A DNA stretch of 54,417 bases from Callorhinchus milii (taxonomy: Eukaryota), in contig NW_024705323.1 of NCBI RefSeq assembly GCF_018977255.1, forward strand, positions 1-54,417, read 5' to 3'. Shown piece after piece: positions 26,374 through 38,184 of this stretch (the first letter of the stretch is position 1; each line of letters starts with the position of its first letter). A program made the position numbers and the translations under genes. The notes under the pieces are model-generated. The model did not search any database and was not told the DNA's origin. It saw only the letters and a list, made by a program, of their open reading frames with translations.

Positions 26374-27956
26374 AGCAGGGCCAATAGAAAATTGCGGGGG
26401 GTTGATTGGTGCTATTGAGATCTATTTTACTGCCAACCTACAAATTTTCACTTTATTGATAAAGACTAAACATGAAGAAAGAACACATATTAGATTGTTA
26501 GAAAGAAAAAAATTATTAGTGCTTTCTTTAACAAAAAGTGGGTGGCCACTCAGGAGTGGGGAGGGGTGGGGGAGAAACACTTCTACCCTGGCAAACACCA
26601 ACATTTCTCACCAAACTCACCAGAGTCACCACCTCTTGCCACCACTGTACAATATATTCTGTGAAGCACTTTGAGACATCTCAACAACGTGATAAGACGC
26701 TTTATCAAATACAAGGATTATGTGCTTTGAGACATCCTCAATGTGAAAGGTGTGTGTATATATATATGTATAAAATGGTTGTTGTACCTTCTAACCTATA
26801 TAGGGGTACCTCCAGCCCACCAGTTCACATTGCATGAAGGGTCCGGCCTTAACCGTAACCTACCTTTCTCCTTCAGAAGTTTATTGACCTGCTGCACATT
26901 GCAAAACAGTTTGGGCTCAACAAAAAACACAGCACTAAATCTTGCAGGAAATATTTCTTGCCAGTTCTCCTCTAGATGGCTGCATCTTGCCCTGACACAC
27001 AACACAAACTCCCCCTAGTGGAGGACCTTGGGCTCTCATTTCACCAGAGTTGCAAGAATTATTTTTTTCCCCCCTCATTTTTCACTGCAAACACAGAACT
27101 AAGATATTCCATAGCATTCAATCTGTCAAACTGAACTAACACTTGCAGTGAGGAGGAACTGAGTTGTTAGTCAATAGGCGGATCGCTTCCCGGGGGCAAT
27201 AATCGCTCAAAAAAAAGTGGTCACTCAATTTACGACTGTTTGTGGGATACTGCTGCGTGCAATTGGCTGCTACACTTTGCCCACAAATACAAACTCAACT
27301 TGCTTTACAATAATATTCTATACAATATGAAGCACAAAATTAAAATTTAAGACAGAGTTGTGGAAACTCCTTAAAACTCTGCCCAAGTGTGAAGTTAGAA
27401 GTCTTTCTTTTNAAAAAAACAAGTAAACAACTTTCAATTAAAGACCATAATTTAACAATTTGTTAACAACAACTTGCATTTATATGGCACCTTTCACAGT
27501 TCAGCATCTCACAGTGCTTATACTTGCATAATAATCCTTGCATTTGATACAACACCATTCATGTCGGGAAGACTCCTCAAAACACTTCACAGGAGTTCCT
27601 GCAAAGTGCAGTGACTGTGGATTTTATTAACAATTCCGTCAAATCTTACATTTTAAGAGGAAAAAGTCTTACAGAATAAAGTAGGTGGAATTTAGGCCTC
27701 AGATCCCAGCAAAACCACGCAGCAGTCACTGACATAATGAGAAATACCAATAATATTTTCAATGTAAACTTTAGTGGAAAGTGCACATTAATCTCAACAA
27801 TCCATAATTGTCTGCGGTGCAATCTTGTGGATGCATTTAATAAGTCGATTTAAAAAAAGTTTTAAAACTTTCCAGGAATCTTTTCAAGCAAGTTATTTGC
27901 TTCACTCTGCTTAAACATGCAGAAGCAATCCAACTCATGGATGTAGAGTTACTCAC

Positions 27957-28085
27957 CACTTTTCTATTCCTATTCTTGTAACTGATGTTCATCTCCTCGT
28001 GCTTCTTCACTGCTGTCTCCATTGCATTTTTTAAATCAATAGCTTGCTTCAAGCGAACATCGTGAACACCAGCCTTGGTGAATAT
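27957..28085 (-). CDS. UVSSA: UVSSA exon (129 bp)
   Basis: c[51 protein letters not shown]. Confidence 0.9.
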
Positions 28086-28104
28086 CTGATGCAAAATTAA
28101 GAAT

Positions 28105-28515
28105 TAATAATAATATTATCCTTGCATTTGATAAAGCACCTCAAAAGTCGTCAAGACGTCAAACATGCTTCATAGGATATACTGTAAAGTGGGTTGACTG
28201 GGTATTTTATAGACGAATATGCCAGCAAATCTGCGTACAGCAATATGCTACAGACAGCCAAAGAAGTAAATTACAAATTTTATATGAGAGATTGTTGACT
28301 AAGCAACCGGGAGAAACTCCCTTCTCAAATAGTGCCATGGGATCTTTATAGGGACGCAGAGCCTGGGGTTAAATACTCATCTAAAGAACAGCACTCCCAA
28401 CAATGGAGCCCACACCCAGCACCGCATTGGAATGTCAGCCTTGTCTATTTGAGCTCAAAGTTCAACACAGGACTTAAAACTCTGACTCCGAGGCGGGAAT
28501 GCTTCCGACTAAGCC
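28105..28515 (-). mobile_element. Degraded Deu-type SINE
   Basis: Reverse-complement similarity to 11455-11880 (AATAGTGCCATGGGATCTTT) and SINE tail. Confidence 0.6.
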
Positions 28516-29356
28516 TGGATGACGTCCAAGTCTTCTGAAAGCTCTATTTTAATAACAAGTAAATACAATGCGATCCGGAAATTAATTACTGAAATTAGAA
28601 TTTGTTATAAAAAAATCACGATTACTAAGTGATGACGACAAACTTTGAAGTCCTGACTATAAAGTCCTTCTACATTCCATCTCAGTGTATATCTGCTTTT
28701 ACACAATAGGAGAAGCATTAACTGTAGCAAAGCCACACATTTATACAGAACTATATAATGGACTGATGCTTCCACTGTACTTGAAAATGGTGAATAGACA
28801 CAGTCTCAAAGGCTAAACCCGTCTTCTGTTGTAGTGAATGGAGAGGAGCTATCCTTTACTGTGGTTCAATCAGCTCTTTTGGAGAAATATTTATCTGGGA
28901 GTAAAATACAATCTGCAGTCCCCAGAGAAAGGTCACTCTCAAATATACACGTCAGCATTAAGACATGTGCATCTTGTGTGTACTTTGTCTATTTTAAAAG
29001 CACCTAACCTGTTAATAACCATATCAGTCATTATTTGCATACTATTTTGCAATTTCTTTTCAATTCCTGACTTGGGTACTTGCCTGTCCTTGATCTCAAT
29101 AAAGATGGATGTGAAGTTTTTAATAATTTCAAAACAATAATTTCATTGTTCCCCCAACCCCAGCTGCCGATGATTATGTTTAAGTGGATCCGTACTTTAT
29201 TTCGTCCTCTCTTTACTCCCTATATTTGAAAATTTATCCAAGATGTTAGCACTTTTACTTTGAGTTTCTCATGTCTGTTTTTTTTTAAATCTGTTCTTTT
29301 TTGTAGCCTGCTTTGGTTTTCAATAACAACTGCATGATACTATCCTGTAGTAAGTG

Positions 29357-29640
29357 TGGAGTTCTGTAGCGTGTTGGTTAAAGAACTCGCCTCACAAGCC
29401 AGAGGACCCAGGTTTGATCCTCAGCAGGGAGAAACCTTAGGCAAGTTTCCTTACTCCACATGCCTTTATTTACTCAGCAGTAAGTAGGAACCCAGTTGTT
29501 AGTCAATTCAGGTAATAATCCCTTCAAAAAAAAAATCCAAAAAAAAATGTGGTCACTCACTCCATGGGGGATACTGCTGTGTGCAATTGGCTACCGGTTT
29601 CACAATGACTTGATATAAATGCAAGGATTATTAATATTAC
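29357..29640 (+). mobile_element. tRNA-derived SINE, internally deleted
   Basis: Head and tail of the main SINE family. Confidence 0.8.
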
Positions 29641-31627
29641 TATTAAATCCACAAGCACAGTAAGCCCTATATAAACACCACAGCATTTGGTGATCAAGTC
29701 AAAACACAAATCAGATATGGAACTGACATTTTATAATTCTGAAACTGGAAGCAATAATAATACTTAATTTACAATCTTACAAGGAAGCCACTTCAAAGTA
29801 TACTGGATTCTTTAGGGACAACCCTGTATCCTTTTAAGTTTTAGCAAAATATAATCAGGGCTAATAGATCTATACACACAAATAAAATATTGAATTTACT
29901 CCACAAAACTCTATATTAATAGGCCAAATAAACAAGATTGTTGGTTAGGGGACTTGACAAAACAGATTACCATAAAACTAAAAGTTATTAAGTGACATGA
30001 AAAATAAACAGAACTAACTACTGGTGGGAGTCACAAATCCTCTGATTTGGGGCCATATGGCAAGTTCTTTGAAATTCAATATTGAAAGTACCCTTTTCAG
30101 TTTGCGTCAACCTTCTCCATGTAGATCCCCAAAACTTAATATTATACAACTCGATTCTGATCATGAGGGCTGATCACTAAATGATGACGGAAGCTGATCA
30201 ATCCAGTAGTCAATTCATTTTAAATCTTGATTCTAAATAGGAGCACTCATGGAAGGGGAAGAAAACACCAGGCTGCTCATAGAAGAACCTTGCACTTTAC
30301 CTCTGAAAACCTGAGGACTCACTCTAACCCAAATGTTCACTGGGGAGGTAGCATAAACTCATCATTAAAGAAGAAAGCTATTTACCATTGTTTCTGCAAT
30401 AGAAAATAGATATTTATTTGCATCAAAATGAAAAAAATCCATTGCCATTGTAATAAAGTTTATTAAACCTGAAAATCTATTTTAAAAATGTGGTATGAAA
30501 ACAAAACATCTTCGAGACGTCTTAAAGCACTTCACAGAATATACTGTAAAGTGACTTGACTGTATTTTTGTGGGTGAAACGCAGCAGCCAATTGCGTGCA
30601 GCAGTGGATTGAGTGACCAAATTATTAACTTTTTTTTATAAATTGGTCTACAATAGGCCAGTATACACAATTAAATCAGTGTTAACAGATGTTTTCTGTC
30701 ACTAGAGGCCTCTACAAAAGTTCAAATAAATATTCTGGATAAGACGCTACATACTTTTAAAAAATTTACCACAGAGAAACTTCCATCTCTTTTTGAAAGG
30801 TGCTATGAGATGGTTAACCTCGACCTGAACAGGCAGACAGGACCTCAGTTTAATGTCTCATCAGTAAGATGGCACCTCCAACAATGCAGCACTGCACTGG
30901 AGTGCCAGATGTCAGCCTACGCTGCGAGTCCCTACTTGGGGCTTGAACCAACATTCCTCTGGCTTAAGAGGCGATAGTACTACCAGCTGAGCAAGGCTAA
31001 ACATTTCCTGGTGCCTGTCCTGAAATTGCCCTTTGTACCCTGAACCTGTGCCATCTTGTTCTGCTGCCTTGGCGTACCTTAAAGTATTATTCTATCTTTA
31101 TTTTCTCATTCTAATTTATACCTCTATAAGATCCCCAGATATTTTATAGACTCTTCTACATTGATGTCACATACCACATTGCCTTCCAATTAGTCCGATG
31201 CCATCTCAATGCCTCATCATAGAAACCACATGAAAATGGCAATTCTGAATCAGAAAGCAGGCATTTCAAGAGAAGATGCTTTTATATATTTTAAACAATT
31301 CTAAATTTACAGTAAAAACATTTTTTGAGCCTACGTACAACAGCTCTGTCTTGGAGTATCTTTGGAATATTGTAGCTCAAGAACATATTCAACTGAATTA
31401 AACCCGTCGAATGCAAATTCTGATTCATTCAACCCTATCATAAAGATTCCTGAAACTGTTTATTCCACAAATAGAACTTCAATCTGTATTTAACCTCATT
31501 CCTAATCAATCTGTTAAACCGTTCCCATGAAAAGATGAATGATTTATGCATTTAAAACTGCACATTCTTGTTTCTAATCTTGTTTTCTTTATGTACTCCT
31601 CTAACAGCAGTTTTGTTAAATTCATAC

Positions 31628-31737
31628 CTGGATCCAGTACTTGACAGTCGGTAGGTACTTTTTAGTTACTAGTCTTTCAAAGTCCTTTATGTTGCTGACC
31701 ACAGCAGTGTTGTCTTCATCCTCACGGACCTTCAAGC
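31628..31737 (-). CDS. UVSSA: UVSSA exon (110 bp)
   Basis: tAG|(G)LKVREDEDNTAVVSNIKDFERLVTKKYLPTVKYWIQ|GTATG; compare human GLKVQENEDNLALI...KFLPAVCSWIQ. Confidence 0.9.
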
Positions 31738-32639
31738 CTAGTAGCCAAAGATGGAAACTGACATTACATCTTAGAAATGCTTTAATGTGTAACTTTAAAA
31801 CATAACTAAACCAATTTACTTAGACATTGGTGCATAGATGACTATTTCACATCAAGTTTTTGTTTCGAATCTTTGGAGTTCGGATGTGGTTCAAAAGGTT
31901 ACAATTCCATCATAACGTCACAGAAAACCTATAACACAGAGGAACCTGTTCAGCTCATTATATCTGTGCTATAAACTTCCTACAACACAAGAAAGTCACT
32001 ACTTTATGAACTAACTTTATAAACTGATAACAAAAATTAGTATTTAGTCCTCCTTGCCCAATACTACTACTAAAATTAATTCTTATAGCTTGCAATTCTG
32101 GCACTCAAACCAACAGGAAAATCTTCAAGCACAAAACATGGCAATTTTCAAGAGGTAATTTATTAGTATCTCAGCACAAGTGTCAGCATCAAGTTAGCTG
32201 ATATAACAGTTTAGAAATGGGGATGGGAAGACCGGTACTAGCAGATTATATTTATCTGATGTTGTTAGAAGCACTACAAGCAGACTTGCCCTCAGAGTGG
32301 GTTGTAAAATGTCTCTTACAACTGTTGAAAGGTGGCCATAATTTAAAAGCTATGAGAGCAAGGGATCAATAGATGCAGCCAAATCTTACAGAAGAAGTCA
32401 TCATGTTAGAGAATAATAGGTACCTGGGAGTGAACATGAGATTACAATCTAATCACAAGGTTCAGATGACATGTTGAACCAGGAGAGCAAAGCTCAAGCC
32501 GTTAATAATTATTATATGAACCAAAGCTTAAGTCAAAGTGGATAATTAATCTTTGTGATATTTGTGTACAACATTATATATGGTTTTTATATTATGTGGA
32601 TTTCTTTTTAAAAAATTATGTTGATGCCTGCGGCCTCTA

Positions 32640-32962
32640 ATAATAATCCTTGCATTTGATTATAGCGCCTTATCACTTTTTTCAAGATATTTCAAAGGGT
32701 TTCACAGAATAAAGTGAATTGACTGTATATTTTGTGGGCAAAACTTTAGGTCTTTGATCTATAATAGCATTTTTGGAAGAGTTTATTACCCCCGGAAAAG
32801 TGATCTGCCAACTGACTAACAACCGGATTCCTACCTGCTGCTAGGCAAACGGAGGAGTGCGGAGTAAGGAAACTTGCTCAACGGTTTGCACTGCTCGGGA
32901 ATCGAACTCAGGTCCTCTCGTTTGCAAAGCGAATGCTCTAACCACTAAGCCGCAAGACTCCA
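32640..32962 (-). mobile_element. tRNA-derived SINE
   Basis: Head, core and tail on the minus strand. Confidence 0.8.
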
Positions 32963-33125
32963 TATCCTAATGATCAATTAATCTAGATAAATGTTGACCA
33001 GAACACCAGGAGAAACTCCTTTCTCTTTTCAAATTTCTCTTGTCATGGGATCTTCAACATCCATCTGATTAGACAGATGGAATGAGGGTTTAAATTTCAT
33101 CCACAGGACAGTTTCTGTGACAATG

Positions 33126-33446
33126 TGGAGTTCTATACTCAGTGGTTAGAGTACTCGCCTCACAAGCGAGAAACCTGGGTTCGATTCCTGGCAGGGCGAA
33201 ACCTTAAGGTAAGTTTCCTTACTTTGCACACCTCTGTTTACCTAGCAGTAAGCAGGAAGCCAGTCATTAGTCGATTGGAAGATCACTTTTCTGGGGGTAA
33301 TAATTCCTTCAAAATCACAATAAATAGGTCACTGTTGTGCGCAACTGGCTGCCGAGTTTCACCCACAAAATATAGTCAATTCGCTTTATAGTTTATTCTG
33401 TGGTGCACTTTAAGTCTTCTCGAAGACGTGACAAGGATTATTATTG
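33126..33446 (+). mobile_element. tRNA-derived SINE
   Basis: A box/B box head (GGTTCGATTCC), core and tail. Confidence 0.85.
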
Positions 33447-33663
33447 TAATGTAGAGGAGTCAGAGAGAAAGAAGGGCTGGCATGGTGCAATATTATAGAG
33501 ATTGTAAAGCTCCCAAAGGAAGAATTTTTTGGGTAGCTCTGTAGATAATTTGTACCTTGTCCAATTATTCACTGTTTGTTTGTTTATCCACATTGGGCCA
33601 GTTCCAATTTGTGCAGAAAACCGACTGTATTAAAGACCTAATATCTATTTAATCCATATATAC

Positions 33664-33751
33664 CTGTGTCAATTTCTAGGTTGAGAAAATATTTGTGGGA
33701 TACAAGGCCATGATTTCTAATAAAGGTTTCTTCATTTTCTTCATCTGACGA
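33664..33751 (-). CDS. UVSSA: UVSSA exon, 3' part (split by L2)
   Basis: [33 protein letters not shown]; compare human EEFVRSHGLGSHKYTLDVEL. Confidence 0.88.
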
Positions 33752-34937
33752 ATTCTCGACGAATGGCTTCTCCTCCACCCCCCGTACTGTCTCATGTGGT
33801 GTCCCTCAGGGCTCTGTCCTTGGTCCCCTCCTCTTCACCCTCTATATGCTCCCCCTTGGTGACATCATCCGCAGACATGGAGTTAACTTCCACATGTATG
33901 CGGATGACACCCAACTCTACCTTTCCTCCTCTACTCTCAACTCCACGACCCCCGATGTCCTGACAGCTGTCTGTCCGACATCGAGTCCTGGACGAGAGAC
34001 AACTTTCTTCAGCTCAACGTGCGAAAAACCGAGGCCCTCCTGATTGGCTCACGTCAGCGCCTCCGCACCTCAGGCGCTGACACCATCAGCATCCAAGGCT
34101 GCACTCTCCACCTCGCAAAGCCAGTCAGGAACCTCGGGGTTCCCCTCGACCCTGAGCTGTCCTTTCTCCCTCACATCCGCACAACTGGCACCGCCTTCCA
34201 TCACCTACGGAACATCGCCAGACTACGGCATTACCTCACCCCTCACGCTGCTGAAACCTGGTTCACGCCTTTGTCACCTCAAGGCTGGACTATGGGAACT
34301 CTCTCCTCGCCGGCCTTCCCGCCACCTCCCTCCACACTGCAGGTCATTCAGAACTCTGCAGCTCGTGTACTGTCCCGCACCAGACACCGCGACCACACCA
34401 CACCCACCCTCGCTCGCCTCCACTGGCTCCCCATCCCCCAGAGGATTGATTTCAAGATCCTCATCCTCACCTACAAGGCCATTCACGGCCTTGCTCCCTC
34501 CTACCTCTCCAACCTACTATCCCCCTACCTACCTGCCCGTACCCTCCGTTCCTCTGGCTCCGGTCTGCTCCACGTCCCCCGCCCCAACCGCCCTACCATC
34601 GGTGGTCGGGCCTTCAGCCTCTCAGCCCCCAGGCTCTGGAACTCCATCCCCCAGTGCCTTCGCCGCTTCCTCCCTTTCCTCCTTCAAGGCCGGTCTCAAA
34701 ACCTTTCTCTTTGACCGAGCCTTCAGCTCCCCTCTCGACTCTCTTCCCCCTCCTCGCTCCCTCCCTTCCCTCCCCTCACCCTGACCATTTCCCCCCTCCT
34801 CGCTCCCTCCCTTCCCTCCCCTCACCCTGACCATTTCCCCCCTGCTCGGGTCATGACCCAACTGTGCAGCCCCTTGGGACGTCCTCCTGACGTGAAAGGC
34901 GCTTTATAAATGGAATCTTGTTGTTGTTGTTGTTGTT
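33752..34937 (+). mobile_element. 5'-truncated L2 LINE (RT 3' part and 3' UTR with (TTG)n tail) inserted in a UVSSA coding exon
   Basis: [32 protein letters not shown] and RAFS..APRLWNS motifs with several frameshifts. Confidence 0.93.
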
Positions 34938-34939
34938 GA

Positions 34940-35268
34940 TTCAAATTCTTCACTTTCACTGCTTCCATCCTGTTGTGGGCTCTCTGTCTTTTCACCCAAG
35001 GCCTGATTTTCCGGAGTTATTTTCACTGAAGGCAGTGGTGGAAAGTCCTTACTGCTGCATGGCTGCTCATCATCAAACAGATCCATGCAATGTGGATGGA
35101 CACCTTGCTGTCCGCTGGCGATACAGTTTGACTGATCTGTTTCATCAGTTACTTCCTGTTCAAGCAGACAGTCATTCCCATTAATGGTGAACTCATCGAG
35201 ATGTGGCATCAGAAAATGGAAACAGGCCTCCAGCTCTGTCAGACAATTCTGCATTTCCTCAGTCATCT
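34940..35268 (-). CDS. UVSSA: UVSSA exon, 5' part (split by L2)
   Basis: aacAG|(E)MTEEMQNCLTELEACFHFLMP...DDEQPCSSKDF...SESEEFE; compare human EMSGEIESCLTEVESCFRLLVP. Confidence 0.9.
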
Positions 35269-35908
35269 CTGTTCCGAAACAAAAAGATAAAAATAAGACA
35301 AGAAAAACAGCTGTAGCCCCATGTACAGAAAAAAGGGCTTTAAATTATATGCCAACAACAACTATATAGTGTTCTTTTCGTAGGCTAACGTCTCATCTCT
35401 GAGTGCTTTACAGGGATGGAATTGGATGCCAAGGGAGGAGGAGGGGGAGAGGGCCATAGGTACGTTACCACAGGAGACCTAAAGTGGTCTATAGCTATGA
35501 ACACTTTATCCCAAATAAAATTGGTCACTCACGCCTTGGTTATTTGTGGGACATTGCTGTGCGCAAACTGGCTGTTGCATTTCACCCACAAAATAATCAT
35601 TCCATAGCATATCCTGTAAGCTCTTTGAGACATCTTGAAGACGTGATATGGCGCTATATCAAGTTCAGGAATTAATATTATTATCTCTTCCGAAGAAGAG
35701 AGCCTAAAATACACCTCTGGTTCTCGCTACTGTCAATAATATGCAACATTTAAATTGTATTTTCCTACAAAAAAAGTCACTATACTTTTTGCAAGGCTTA
35801 TTATTAAATTATTTACTGTCCAGAAGAGTGGAATTAAGATAGGCAGCTCACATGAAGATAATTCCATTAAATAAAAACACAGCTATGTCAAAAACAAACT
35901 AAAAATAC

Positions 35909-36029
35909 CTGCCATTTCTTCTTCGACTCTCTTCACTTTCACTTTATTAATATTCTCCAATCTTCTCTGTCTCTCCTCCTCTCGCTTCCTCTCAGCCTGA
36001 GTTCTAGCTCGAATATCTTGAAAATCAAC
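35909..36029 (-). CDS. UVSSA: UVSSA exon (121 bp), most 5' exon present
   Basis: ctcAG|VDFQDIRARTQAERKREEERQRRLENINKVKVKRVEEEMA G|GTA; compare human VDFQDTNARSLAERKREEEKQK. Confidence 0.92.
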
Positions 36030-36210
36030 CTGAGAATGGGAGCAAAATAAAATGTATTGCAATAATTACAATAAATAAGTAGAAACAGTTTCCTCTGGTG
36101 AGTAGATCGGTAATGAGAAGACACAGATTTAAGATAATTGGCAAAATTATCAGAGGGGAAGACGTGGAGAATGTCATGGTGGTGCCGTCCTTTGGATGAG
36201 AAAGGATCCA

Positions 36211-37019
36211 AGGGTGAGGGGGTGAGGGGCTGAGGGTGAGGGGGTGAGGGGCTGAGGGTGAGGGGCTGAGGGTGAGGGTGATGTTGAGGGGCTGAGGGTG
36301 AGGGGCTGAGGGTGAGGGGCTGAGGGGCTGAGGGTGAGGGGCTGAGGGTGAGGGTGATGTTGAGGGGCTGAGGGTGAGGGGCTGAGGGTGAGGGGCTGAG
36401 GAGCTGAGGGTGATGTTGAGGGGCTGAGGGTGAGGGGCTGAGGGGCTGAGGGTGAGGGGCTGAGGGTGAGGGGCTGAGGGTGAGGGGGTGAGGGGCTGAG
36501 GGTGAGGGGGTGAGGGGGTGAGGGTGAGGGGCTGAGGGGCTGAGGGTGAGGGGCTGAGGGTGAGGGTGAGGGTGAGGGGGTGAGGGGCTGAGGGTGAGGG
36601 GCTGAGGGTGAGGGGGTGAGGGGCTGAGGCTGAGGGTGAGGGGCTGAGGGTGAGGGGCTGAGGGTGAGGGGCTGAGGGTGAGGGGCTGAGGGTGAGGGGC
36701 TGAGGGTGAGGGGCTGAGGGTGAGGGGCTGAGGGTGAGGGGCTGAGGGTGAGGGGCTGAGGGTGAGGGGGTGAGGGGCTGAGGGTGAGGGGCTGAGGGTG
36801 AGGGGGTGAGGGGCTGAGGGTGAGGGTGAGGGGCTGAGGGTGAGGGGCTGAGGGTGAGGGTGAGGGGCTGAGGGTGAGGGGCTGAGGGTGAGGGGGTGAG
36901 GGGCTGAGGGTGAGGGGCTGAGGGTGAGGGGCTGAGGGTGAGGGGTGAGGGCTGAGGGTGAGGGTGAGGGGGGGGGGGGGGGGGGGGGGGGGGTGAGGGG
37001 CTGAGGGTGAGGGTGAGGG

Positions 37020-37050
<31 letters not shown>

Positions 37051-37379
37051 GCTGAGGGTGAGGGTGAGGGGCTGAGGGTGAGGGGCTGAGGGTGAGGGGG
37101 TGAGGGCTGAGGGTGAGGGTGAGGGCTGAGGGTGAGGGGCTGAGGGTGAGGGCTGAGGGTGAGGGTGAGGGCTGAGGGTGAGGGGGTGAGGGTGAGGGTG
37201 AGGGGCTGAGGGTGAGGGGCTGAGGGTGAGGGCTGAGGGTGAGGGCTGAGGGTGAGGGGGTGAGGGTGAGGGGGTGAGGGTGAGGGTGAGGGCTGAGGGT
37301 GAGGGGTGAGGGGCTGAGGGTGAGGGTGAGGGTGAGGGGGTGAGGGCTGAGGGTGAGGGTGAGGGCTGAGGGTGAGGGG

Positions 37380-37422
<43 letters not shown>

Positions 37423-37607
37423 CTGAGGGTGAGGGTGAGGGCTGAGGGTGAGGGTGTGAGGGCTGAGGGTGAGGGGGTGAGGGCTGAGGGTGAGGGTGAG
37501 GGTGAGGGGCTGAGGGTGAGGGTGAGGGTGAGGGTGAGGGCTGAGGGTGAGGGGGTGAGGGCTGAGGGTGAGGGTGAGGGGGTGAGGGTGAGGGGGTGAG
37601 GGCTGAG
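36211..37607 (+). repeat. (TGAGGG)/(TGAGGGGC) array, telomere-variant-like and G4-forming
   Basis: Read directly; includes a pure poly-G run near 36967-36993. Confidence 0.95.
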
Positions 37608-37609
37608 CT

Positions 37610-38180
37610 TCACTCTCACCCAAACGCTACCCGCCTGAGTGACTCCGCGCGGGGCCAATCAGAGAAGAGAATGTCACCGCTGGACCAATCACACGAGTGC
37701 CTGCGGCGTGAGGGCGGTGCCTGCTGGCAGCAGGTTTGGTTGTGTGGGAGGGCGGCTGTTACCTGGTGGGGATGGCGGTGGGTGCGGGAGAGGCCGCCGC
37801 CGCCTCTCCCCACTGCGGGGCGATGGCGTGTGCTCAGGGCTGTCGTTCATCTCTCCGCCTCACCCTCTGCGACGCGCCGGGAGGGGGCGGGCGGGAGGCC
37901 GGGAGGCGGCGGGCGGGCGGGAGGCCGGGAGGCGGCGGGCGGGCGGGAGGCCGGGAGGCGGCGGGCGGGCGGGCGGGAGGCCGGGAGGCGGGCGCTGGGC
38001 GCGGAGAGGAGGCCGCGCTGACGGGACGGCCCTGTGATCGCTGTGGCGCCATCTCGCAGTCAGAGCGGCCGCTGGGGGCGGGTGGGCCGGAAATTCAAAT
38101 TGTTCGTAGCCCAATGCCACCGAATAATAGCCCAAAAGTAGCCCAACATTGTGCGTTGGCTCCTGATCGACATCAGCAAA
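37610..38180. promoter_or_regulatory. CpG-island promoter-like region
   Basis: High CpG density. CCAAT at 37655 and 37685, GC boxes, YY1-like GCCATCT near 38048, CCGGAAATTCAAA (ETS plus CHR-like TTTGAA on the minus strand) near 38087-38099. Confidence 0.6.
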
Positions 38181-38184
38181 GTGC

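Larger units (their letters stand above)
14077..36029 (-). pseudogene. UVSSA: UVSSA (UV-stimulated scaffold protein A) unprocessed duplicate; 5'-truncated and disrupted
   Basis: Seven recognisable exons with GT-AG boundaries in the correct order. N-terminal VHS exons are absent, an L2 interrupts one exon, and several internal exons were not found. Confidence 0.85.

Noticed and set aside
6525..27412. Single N bases at 6525, 7698 and 27412
   Set aside because: Assembly ambiguities at homopolymer edges; they signal caution about base-level accuracy, not biology
32640..33446. Inverted SINE pair
   Set aside because: Expected by chance at this SINE density
36025..37658. Pro/His/Ser-rich ORFs of about 500 aa
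   Set aside because: Translation of the TGAGGG array
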